Assembly (NCBI RefSeq): GCF_000015805.1
Contig: NC_009073.1
Location: forward strand, 1,680,001 to 1,712,000
Direction: 5' to 3'
Source: Pyrobaculum calidifontis JCM 11548
Lineage (GTDB): Archaea > Thermoproteota > Thermoprotei > Thermoproteales > Thermoproteaceae
DNA: 32,000 bases
Part shown: positions 23,947 to 31,589 of the stretch, in pieces
Position numbering within the stretch: the stretch's first letter is position 1
Layout: each line of letters starts with the position of its first letter
Translations under genes and position numbers: made by a program
Notes under the pieces: model-generated
Seen by the model: only the letters and a program-made list of their open reading frames with translations
The model's database searches: none
Told to the model about the DNA's origin: nothing

Positions 23947-25188
23947 TTACTTAGCGGCGCCTAGGCCGAGCTCTCTCCTAAGCGCGTTCACCTCGTCCTG
24001 GGTAGTTGGAAGCGGAACCTTCTCCCGCCCAGATATTATGTCCTGTTTCAACACGTCGACGCCCTCCCACACCCAGCTCGGTATCTGAGACCTCATGGCT
24101 CTCACAGTGTTTACAATGTTCTGCGCGTCTTCTTGCCTCACGGCGCCAGCTCTAACCCCTATCTCTATGAACTGAGTCAAGTCGTCTAAGGTGCTTACGC
24201 CAACGCCTCCGTCCTTTAAGCCCAACTCGAGGACGCCGCCCTTAAAAGTGCCCCTGGCGGCCATCTCCGCGGCCTTGTAAACGCCTACATCTACGCGCTT
24301 CATCATAGACGCCAAAATGAAGCCGGGCTTGATGTAGTCTTGGTCGGCGTCGACGCCTATCGCAAAAGGCGGGCCCATGGTCCGTCCAGCCCTCTTCCCA
24401 GCCTCTGCCACGGCCTCAAACACTCCTAAGCCAGTGGCGCCCGCGGCTTGGTAAATTACGCAGACGCCTTGGGAAAGCATGACCTCTGCCGCCTGTTTGC
24501 CCTTCGCCGGGTCGTTGAAAGAGCCGGTGTATATGTAGTATATGTCGAACTTTATGTCTTTCCCAAACTTCTGCTTTACATAACGCTCGGCCCACCTCAC
24601 GCCGTAGGCGTACCCAATTTCAAATTTCCACAACACTGGGATCTCCATGCCTAGCACAATGCCGACCTTTGTGCAGTTGTAGTAGTAGGCCGTCAAGGCC
24701 GCCAGAGCGCCCACTAACGCAGAGCCCTCATTCTCCCTAAACAAGATAGATACAACGTTAGGCCTGTCTGGCACATAGCCGTCCACTATGGCAAACTTGG
24801 CGTTGGGGTACTCCTGCGACACCTGCTTTACCGCGTCAGTCATTAGAAAGCCGACGGCGACGATCAGCGCAGCGTCGCCAGAGCGCGCGGCTGCCCTCAG
24901 ATTTGGCACATAGTCGTCCTGCGTCTTGCTTTGAACCTCCTTCAGCCCTAGCCCGAAGTCTCTCGCGGCTTTAGAGGCGCCTAGATACGCCATGTCGTTA
25001 AAAGACAAGTCGCCTCTCCCACCTATGTCGTATATCACATAGATAGACTGCTTTGCCGCTTGGGTGGTGGTCTGCGCGCCGGGGCTAGTTGTAGTGGCGG
25101 GGGCTTGGGCCGGAGGCCAGGCCAGTAGCACCGCGGCGATAATTACAACAACTACGGCAAGTATTGCGGCCAGAAGTTTTGAGTTCAT
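23947..25188 (-). CDS. BMP-family (PnrA-like) ABC substrate-binding protein, probable nucleoside binding
   Basis: N-terminal TM anchor, Thr/Ala/Pro-rich linker (PPAQAPATTTSPGAQTTTQAAK), then a BMP-like core (IYDIGGRGDLSFNDMAYLGA...VGFLM...GVDADQ). Confidence 0.8.
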   Translation of the reverse strand: MNSKLLAAILAVVVVIIAAVLLAWPPAQAPATTTSPGAQTTTQAAKQSIYVIYDIGGRGDLSFNDMAYLGASKAARDFGLGLKEVQSKTQDDYVPNLRAAARSGDAALIVAVGFLMTDAVKQVSQEYPNAKFAIVDGYVPDRPNVVSILFRENEGSALVGALAALTAYYYNCTKVGIVLGMEIPVLWKFEIGYAYGVRWAERYVKQKFGKDIKFDIYYIYTGSFNDPAKGKQAAEVMLSQGVCVIYQAAGATGLGVFEAVAEAGKRAGRTMGPPFAIGVDADQDYIKPGFILASMMKRVDVGVYKAAEMAARGTFKGGVLELGLKDGGVGVSTLDDLTQFIEIGVRAGAVRQEDAQNIVNTVRAMRSQIPSWVWEGVDVLKQDIISGREKVPLPTTQDEVNALRRELGLGAAK

Positions 25189-25202
25189 ACGTCACACTTT
25201 TC

Positions 25203-25535
25203 TTAAGTTTTTATCTTTTGGCTCAGTATACGTCCAGCCAATGCCCCAAGCGTAAAGAAGACGGCCCAAAAAACTATCCACAGGAGCACAAACAGGGGGA
25301 AGAGGTAGATAAAGCGCATAAGCCGCGGTAAGTCAATTGCGGCGTAGTATAGCAACACCGCGGCTATAGGCGCCAGGACGGCTATGGGGGAGAGGAGCAG
25401 GTCACGTCTTGTGGCAAATAGGCCAAACACAACTCCGCCGAGGAAGGGCAAAAGCACCACATTCACCCAATGTGACTCTACGGCAAATCCGAGAAGCGGC
25501 AGAGCGACCCCTATATACTTAACCCACTTTAACAT
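25203..25535 (-). CDS. Hypothetical 4-TM membrane protein
   Basis: Hydrophobic ORF. Internal Met (MLKWVKYIG...) at 25535 is preferred over 25571. It still overlaps the acylase 3' end by 17 nt. Confidence 0.5.
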   Translation of the reverse strand: MLKWVKYIGVALPLLGFAVESHWVNVVLLPFLGGVVFGLFATRRDLLLSPIAVLAPIAAVLLYYAAIDLPRLMRFIYLFPLFVLLWIVFWAVFFTLGALAGRILSQKIKT

Positions 25536-27624
25536 ACTCGCCCCGCACCCACGGCATGTACATTGCGTCATACAACGGGCTCAGGGGATCGCCATCTGGG
25601 CCCCCTGGCAACATCATGTACACGCCTTCCTTAAAGTCCACTATGAATCTTACGCTAGGCCCATGCGATACGTGGAAGTCCGGCGCCACGTTCACCGTAA
25701 ACCAACTACCCGGGGCAGCAACCGGCCTGTAGTTCAACTGCGGAAATACGCCGCCTAAGACGTGCTCTATGTCGTACGTATGCAAAGACCCCCACGGCTT
25801 GTCCACTTTCAACGCCTCGGCCGCGGCCTCCTCTACGACGCCTCTATCCACATACCCCCTCTTAATTGCCTCAAGAGTTACTTCAAACGGCATAAAAGTG
25901 AGAGAGACGTTGTACTTGCCCCACGCCAACTTCTGCAACGTGTAAACAAACGTGGCGTATCTCGCCGCGGCAACGGAGTCCGCGGCCATTACGCAGTCCC
26001 ATTTATTCAACTCGTCAAACAACTTTTTGGCACTCGTGCCGCCGTAGTCCCTCAGCAAGGCTTTCACATCTCTACACGAGATGTCGACCGTGTCTAGCTG
26101 AATCTCTTTTATGTCGTCTACAGATACCTTGCCCTTTGCAACTATCTTCTGGGTTATCAACTCCATAATTCTATCATGGCGGTAGCGGTCAGCCCACCTC
26201 CACTGGAGGTATATATTGGCGTCTGCCACCTTGTTGTTGGCAGTGGCCAAGTAGGGTGGGTTTACGTAGTTTAAAACACTAGGCAACCACACAAGACGCC
26301 GCCACTCGCCCTCCCCCCTCGACCCATTAAACGGGAGATAACCCCCATCTCTGATGGGGAAATAGCCGCTGGCAAAATAAGCCACTACGCCGTGTATGTC
26401 TGCATAAACGGTGTTCTGGCTGGGGACTACGAAGTATTTAAGCGCGTTTAAAAACTCTGTCAAATTCCTCGCCTTGCCCATTTGATATAGGGCAAGCGCC
26501 TCCAGAGTTACGTTATTGCCGAGCCACCTCATCGCGTATCTTTCCCCATTGTACTCAATAACAGGCCCATGCACCGTCTCGAGAACTACCAAAGTCCTCT
26601 GACTACATCTTCCATCGGCGTCGCAAGCCTTCAACACCTCCTCCCTCTTCCCAGCCTCGAGCCAAACGCCGTTGTACAAGTACTTTGTCCCATTCCACAC
26701 GTAGTAATAGTAGTCAATTACGTCGACGCCTGTGTTTGTAAACCCCCATGCAACAAAGCCGTTTGTGCCTATTACTACGACAGGAGTGCCGGGAAACGCC
26801 ACGCCCATCACAGTGTAGCCCGGCGCCTCAACTCGTTGAAAAATCCAAATAGGCGGCGCCGACAGTGAGAGATGGGGGTCGTTCGCCAGTATCGGCGCCC
26901 CAGACTGAGTGAAATTAGGCGAAATAATCCAGTTATTGCTCTCGCCTAACATATGCATTACAGGCGAGAATGTCGCCCGCCGCGGCAGAATAGGCGTATT
27001 AACCTCCCTCTTCAACGCCACCTCTAAGACCCAGGGCCCTGCCCTATCCACCAAGGCCTTGAGAGTTAAGTCGTCCTCTCCCCCGCTTAGAGACCACGCG
27101 ATTAACTTGTTAATGGCAAAGGTATCCTCTGGTCTCCAGGGCTCAGGTTTTTTGCCCAATATCAAGTACTCCAGTATAGGAGGATTCGTGGCAAGAAAGT
27201 CGTTTACTCCGCGGACATACTCCTCCACAAGGGACGCATACTCGGGGTAGTTGGCCTTTATGTATTCCCACGTCTTGGCGGCAGAGATGTAGAGGCCTCT
27301 GCTCCTGAAATAAACGTCGGTTTCCAAGGCGGCTGGTCCGAGCAACTCGGCTAACCTCCCCTCCGCAACTCTCCTCATTACGTCCATTTGGAAAAATCGG
27401 TAATACGCGTGGGCGTACCCCAGTTTGTAAAACGCCTCTCTCTCACTGTCGGCCTTTATGACTAGTACGTAGTTTTCTAAGGCGGCGGGGGGAGGCGGCC
27501 TTGCAACAGCCTTCATAGGCCCGTTAAACGGGTCTGCAAGCCTGAGATAAGAGGGTGGAATAAAAATAGTGGCGATAATAATAAAAACAAGTGCAAGAAC
27601 TATGATAACTCTCATAAATAGCAA
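25519..27624 (-). CDS. Penicillin acylase family protein (peptidase S45, Ntn hydrolase), membrane-anchored/secreted
   Basis: N-terminal hydrophobic anchor. Predicted autoprocessing site with nucleophile Ser in GESNNWIISP, followed by ANDPHL. 701 aa. Confidence 0.85.
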   Translation of the reverse strand: MLFMRVIIVLALVFIIIATIFIPPSYLRLADPFNGPMKAVARPPPPAALENYVLVIKADSEREAFYKLGYAHAYYRFFQMDVMRRVAEGRLAELLGPAALETDVYFRSRGLYISAAKTWEYIKANYPEYASLVEEYVRGVNDFLATNPPILEYLILGKKPEPWRPEDTFAINKLIAWSLSGGEDDLTLKALVDRAGPWVLEVALKREVNTPILPRRATFSPVMHMLGESNNWIISPNFTQSGAPILANDPHLSLSAPPIWIFQRVEAPGYTVMGVAFPGTPVVVIGTNGFVAWGFTNTGVDVIDYYYYVWNGTKYLYNGVWLEAGKREEVLKACDADGRCSQRTLVVLETVHGPVIEYNGERYAMRWLGNNVTLEALALYQMGKARNLTEFLNALKYFVVPSQNTVYADIHGVVAYFASGYFPIRDGGYLPFNGSRGEGEWRRLVWLPSVLNYVNPPYLATANNKVADANIYLQWRWADRYRHDRIMELITQKIVAKGKVSVDDIKEIQLDTVDISCRDVKALLRDYGGTSAKKLFDELNKWDCVMAADSVAAARYATFVYTLQKLAWGKYNVSLTFMPFEVTLEAIKRGYVDRGVVEEAAAEALKVDKPWGSLHTYDIEHVLGGVFPQLNYRPVAAPGSWFTVNVAPDFHVSHGPSVRFIVDFKEGVYMMLPGGPDGDPLSPLYDAMYMPWVRGEYVKVG

Positions 27625-27720
27625 GAATCTACATCCTTTTTAAGTGTGACGAAGCTTACAAGGGCGGATAGGTGAAGACGGCTGAGCAACTGATTTAAAT
27701 ATGTCCACACACGCGGCGTC

Positions 27721-28029
27721 ATGGATTACAGCATAGAACACGGGAAGGTAAAAGAGGCAATTGAAAAGGCCCAGTGCACCGGCGCCAGCCCGCAGGACGT
27801 AGCCAACTGCATAGTCGAGCAACTAAAGGCGGCTGGCTACACTCCGTCAAAGGTACAGCTCCTAGATGCCAACGTTGACCCAGTGGAGAAGCCGGAGCAG
27901 ACCAGGTTCATAAGAATAGAGGCGAACAAGCCCGGCGACAAGAACGTGCACATTTTCACATTCGCCGTGTTGCGCCCAGGGGGGCAGTTCAAGCCGCTTT
28001 GGCTCCAGTCCGCCGTAGTAGAACGTTGA
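27721..28029 (+). CDS. Hypothetical 102-aa protein
   Basis: TATA gatttaaata lies about 25 nt upstream. TGATG coupling to the next gene. No recognisable motif. Confidence 0.55.
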   Translation: MDYSIEHGKVKEAIEKAQCTGASPQDVANCIVEQLKAAGYTPSKVQLLDANVDPVEKPEQTRFIRIEANKPGDKNVHIFTFAVLRPGGQFKPLWLQSAVVER

Positions 28030-28328
28030 TGGAGACCGTAAGAGAGCGCCTGATAAAAGTGCTCCTCGAAAGCAGGGAGCCCCTCACGGTTTATCAACTA
28101 CAGACGCTAGTGGCGACAGACCTCAAACCGGCCGAGCTCTACGACGAGCTGGAACACGTCAAAAAGACGTTGAAGAGGATGGGGTATAGGCTGGAGATGG
28201 TGCCAGCCGTGTGTAAAAACTGTGGCTATGAGTTTAGAGACCGCGAACGCCTTAAGAAGCCGAGTAGATGCCCCCGGTGCAAGAGCGAGCGAATTGAGCC
28301 GCCCAAGTTCTACGTGGAACTGTTGTAG
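28029..28328 (+). CDS. Predicted transcriptional regulator, wHTH fused to a C-terminal Zn ribbon
   Basis: RERLIKVLLESREPLTVYQLQTLV (HTH-like) and CKNCGYEF...CPRCKSERIEPPKF (CxxC...CxxC). ATG 28029 is preferred over the track start at 27999. Confidence 0.65.
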   Translation: METVRERLIKVLLESREPLTVYQLQTLVATDLKPAELYDELEHVKKTLKRMGYRLEMVPAVCKNCGYEFRDRERLKKPSRCPRCKSERIEPPKFYVELL

Positions 28329-28490
28329 CTACTTCTTCTTAAACTTCTTGGGCCTGAGGTTGCGGGAGCGGCACCTCCTGCACTTCTCCGCGTCTGGCGG
28401 ATTGCGGGCGCCGCAGTTTCTACATATCTTGTAGTTAAACCTGTGTTGTAGCACTATTGCCAACTTCTCGGGGTCCAGCGTGATGGGCAT
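28329..28490 (-). CDS. rpl40e: 50S ribosomal protein eL40 (L40e); absent from the ORF track (53 aa)
   Basis: Hand translation: [53 protein letters not shown], a Zn-ribbon C4 typical of eL40. Confidence 0.88.
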   Translation of the reverse strand: MPITLDPEKLAIVLQHRFNYKICRNCGARNPPDAEKCRRCRSRNLRPKKFKKK

Positions 28491-28506
28491 GCCCCCTCGA
28501 AGTCTT

Positions 28507-28525
28507 CAATTTATAACTTTTATAG
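28507..28525. promoter_or_regulatory. Back-to-back TATA elements (caatttataacttttatag) in a 53-nt divergent spacer
   Basis: ttataaat (minus strand) lies about 23 nt from the rpl40e ATG 28490. cttttata (plus strand) lies about 24 nt from GTG 28544. Confidence 0.5.
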
Positions 28526-28543
28526 CTGTGCCTACGGGGCTTT

Positions 28544-30466
28544 GTGTCTTCTCTCCTCGGGGTGGCCAAAGAGGCCGACGAGTTTTACGTGCTCAATATC
28601 ACAGACAACTACAAGGCGCGGCTCGTCAAATGGTTTGAGGAACTAGAAGCGCGCCTCGTCTCCTCGCTGAAGGCGGGGACCTCCGTCGTGTTAATTGGGC
28701 CGCACGGCGTTGGGAAATCTGTCGTGGCCAGATACGTGGCCGCCAAATTGGCAGGCGAGTACTACGCCGTGATTGACCTAGGCGCAGACGTCGTCTCATT
28801 TGACAACTTGCTAGAGGTGCTCCCCGAGGTGCCCAACGCCGTGGGGTTCTACGACCCCCTGGGGATAAACTTCTACGACAACCCCCTGGTGCCCCGCGCA
28901 GAGCTGGCGGCGGCTTGGATGGAGAAGTGCAGCATGGTGGTTGACCGCGCCTTTTTCTTAAACACGCGCGGCGTCTCCTCGCTCATAGTGTTGCCCCGCG
29001 CCCTTTTTGAACTTTCGCCTTGTAGAGAGCAGGTGGAGAAGGTGGCCAGGGTAGTGGACATGGCCGAGTATCTGCGCCACGTGGACTACAAGGCAGCCGC
29101 CAGGGAGGTGTTCAACGCCCATGCAGTGGCGATGGGTTGTAGAACTCCGCAGGCAGACGCCTACATCGACTACGTCGCCGATAGACACCGAGACTTAAGC
29201 GGAATTTTCGCCCTAGCCGTGTACGGAGCCAAGGCATACGTGAGGCGGAGGTGTGCCCAGTACGACCCCCAGGCGCTGTACAGAGACGCGTTGGAAGAGC
29301 TCGCGAAGTTGTACTACCAGCTCTACAAGTCCGTCTTCTTTCCCACGTGTGAAAAAGCGCGGGCAATATCGGCGGCGCTCCTCTTGAGTCTCCAAGGCGA
29401 ATACCTCCCCCCGGCAGTGGCCCAGGTCTTGCCCAACGCGGCGCAGATAGCGAGGCGGTTGGCGATACTCACCAAGCTTTCCACCTCTGCCGACGTGGTA
29501 AAACTCGTGGCCGAGGAGATTTTGGAGGAGCTCAGAGAGCTCTACACGCCTAGAGAGGAATTTGCCACGTCTATCAAATGGGCCGCCGGCCCCAAGGAGT
29601 CAGTGGTGGCAGAGGCCCTCAGGCTAAAGGCGGGCGAAATCCCCTGCCTAACTAAGCCCGACTTGGCAAACATACGGTCGATCTACAGGGGGCTGTTGCT
29701 CCTAAGCCCAGAGTTCCACCCCAGGCTGGCCGAGGCCATTGCCAGAGTGGCCCTAGGCGGAGACAAGGCGTGTGAGGGAGAGATGCGGGACTACATATGC
29801 CACGGCGGCTCGGTGTCAAGAATTGTGCTAGATGCGCTGGGCGGAAGAAGAGTGACGCTAGAAACGCCCCCGCCGCTCCCCAGAGTCGAGTGCGGCTGGA
29901 ACGACCTAGCCGTGTTGACGGCCATGGCGCAAGTGGACGCGAGGAGGGCGCCGCATGAGTGCGTGGAGAGAGTTGTGCAAATACTTGCAAGCCGCGTCGC
30001 AGAGGACCCCCAGGCGCTGGGCCGATTCTACAAACTGTACAGAGACTACATAGACGCGGCAGTGGACAGAGGCGCGCCCCCGGTGTTGAGGCGGTTGGCC
30101 ATGGCGCATTACCTAGGCGCAGTACCACAGGAGGCCGTTGAGACGCTGAAGAGGCTCGTCTCTGCGGCGCTGGAGTACTCCGATTTTAAGACGGCAGAGG
30201 TGGCGCTAGCCGCCTTGGCAAAAATCGATCCCGCAGAGGCCGCTAGGAGTATCCCAAACTGCGACTGCCCCATTTTAAAGGTCTCAGCGCTGTACACGGC
30301 TGCCCTACGCCTAATAGAGAAGGGCCTCTACAAAGAGGCCTTAAAAATCGCGGAGGAGCTCGTGGCAGAGGTCAGGCGCGGCGGCGAGAGGTATGAATAC
30401 ACAGAGCACTTCGTCAGAGCCGTCGAAGATTTGTACAAAGAAGCGGCCATCATCTCAGTCCTATAG
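28544..30466 (+). CDS. Large P-loop NTPase with a long alpha-helical (TPR-like) C-terminal region, STAND/archaeal-ATPase-like
   Basis: Walker A VVLIGPHGVGKSVVARYV, candidate Walker B AVGFYDP or YYAVIDLG. The remaining about 470 aa are Ala/Leu/Glu-rich and helical, ending in TPR-like KGLYKEALKIAEELVAEV. Confidence 0.6.
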   Translation: MSSLLGVAKEADEFYVLNITDNYKARLVKWFEELEARLVSSLKAGTSVVLIGPHGVGKSVVARYVAAKLAGEYYAVIDLGADVVSFDNLLEVLPEVPNAVGFYDPLGINFYDNPLVPRAELAAAWMEKCSMVVDRAFFLNTRGVSSLIVLPRALFELSPCREQVEKVARVVDMAEYLRHVDYKAAAREVFNAHAVAMGCRTPQADAYIDYVADRHRDLSGIFALAVYGAKAYVRRRCAQYDPQALYRDALEELAKLYYQLYKSVFFPTCEKARAISAALLLSLQGEYLPPAVAQVLPNAAQIARRLAILTKLSTSADVVKLVAEEILEELRELYTPREEFATSIKWAAGPKESVVAEALRLKAGEIPCLTKPDLANIRSIYRGLLLLSPEFHPRLAEAIARVALGGDKACEGEMRDYICHGGSVSRIVLDALGGRRVTLETPPPLPRVECGWNDLAVLTAMAQVDARRAPHECVERVVQILASRVAEDPQALGRFYKLYRDYIDAAVDRGAPPVLRRLAMAHYLGAVPQEAVETLKRLVSAALEYSDFKTAEVALAALAKIDPAEAARSIPNCDCPILKVSALYTAALRLIEKGLYKEALKIAEELVAEVRRGGERYEYTEHFVRAVEDLYKEAAIISVL

Positions 30467-30934
30467 GACTATTTTGACGAGCTCGCGGGGGTCGTCCTTC
30501 AGCGCAGATATGTAAAAAACCTCCTGCGCCCCGACAGCTGCCGCGATTTCGTCAGCCTCTATGTGGAACCCCGCCTCCTTTGCCAAATCCATCTTATTCC
30601 CCACGATCACCACCTTTTTAAACGGCTTTATCCCCCTATCTAATAGGCCGCTGTGGATGTCCGTCAGCGCCTTAAGAGTGACGTATTGAAGCACGTCGTA
30701 CATATACACAGCCTTGTCAACATAGAAAGACCACATACGGGCAAAGTTGTGCACAACTTCAAAGACGTATTGACCAGGCACATCAATGAGGTTCACCTCC
30801 CTCCCCGAGAGATAGAGGCGATATATGCCGGGCCTAAGAGTCACAGTGGGCCTCAGCGACACGCCCATGAGTCTGTAGGCAAGAGTCGTCTTCCCCACGC
30901 CCCCTACGCCGAGCAGAACAACAATCTGACGCAC
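30461..30934 (-). CDS. Ras-superfamily small GTPase (about 157 aa)
   Basis: G1 GVGGVGKT, G3 DVPGQ, G4 GNKMD, G5 ISALK. GTG 30934 gives a canonical short N-terminus and lies about 24 nt downstream of the TATA ccaattttatatt. The N-terminal 54 codons of the track ORF (to 31096) were rejected. Confidence 0.75.
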   Translation of the reverse strand: MRQIVVLLGVGGVGKTTLAYRLMGVSLRPTVTLRPGIYRLYLSGREVNLIDVPGQYVFEVVHNFARMWSFYVDKAVYMYDVLQYVTLKALTDIHSGLLDRGIKPFKKVVIVGNKMDLAKEAGFHIEADEIAAAVGAQEVFYISALKDDPRELVKIVL

Positions 30935-31013
30935 GTCAACACCCCCACACCCCAATATAAAATTGGCGGAAAACAACAACGTTATACTTAAATACATAGA
31001 CCATTGTGCGCCT

Positions 31014-31589
31014 ATGAACCCCGTCGGGAGACTAGTCCTTTGGATAGTGCTATACGTAGTAGTAATGGCAATAGTACAGGCAATATTCCAATTCATAGCA
31101 GCGCCGCCCCTATCGTTTACACAAGCCCTCGACTACAAAATATACGTCGACATACTCCTCACACTGTTCTTCGGCTGGCAGATAGTCAAAGCCTTTGCAG
31201 ATATCGTGGCGCTCCCCGTTGCCAAGAAACAGGGCGAGACGGCAGGCCGCGCAGTCTCAAACCTCATTAAGCTCATTGGAATAGGCGCCCTCGCCGCCGC
31301 CCTCGCCGGGGCAGTATCCGGAGGCGCCGCCGCAGCGGCGCTAGGCGGCTTCATAGGCCTAGTAATCGGCTTCGCCACTCAGCAGGTATTGGGGCAAGCC
31401 GTTGCGGGAACGTTCCTCCTCTTAGCAAGGCCGTTTAAAATCGGCGAAAAAATCGTGGGCGCCGGTCAAGAGGGCGTCGTAGAAGACATCACCGCCATGT
31501 ATACAGTGATTAGAGACGCCGAGGGCAACAAGGTGCTTATTCCAAACAACAAGCTAATCGGCGACATACTAAAGATCAAAAAGTCCTAA
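31014..31589 (+). CDS. Small-conductance mechanosensitive channel (MscS family), short form
   Basis: GFATQQVLGQAVAGTFLLLARPFKIGEKIVGAGQEGVVEDITAMYTVIRDAEGNKVLIPNNKL. ATG 31014 lies about 24 nt downstream of the TATA tacttaaatac. Confidence 0.8.
   Translation: MNPVGRLVLWIVLYVVVMAIVQAIFQFIAAPPLSFTQALDYKIYVDILLTLFFGWQIVKAFADIVALPVAKKQGETAGRAVSNLIKLIGIGALAAALAGAVSGGAAAAALGGFIGLVIGFATQQVLGQAVAGTFLLLARPFKIGEKIVGAGQEGVVEDITAMYTVIRDAEGNKVLIPNNKLIGDILKIKKS

Noticed and set aside
30935-31096. 54-codon N-terminal extension of the small GTPase ORF, and the 30963 start of the MscS ORF.
   Set aside because: Both extensions cross the shared AT-rich spacer that contains the two TATA boxes. The shorter starts give canonical family N-termini.
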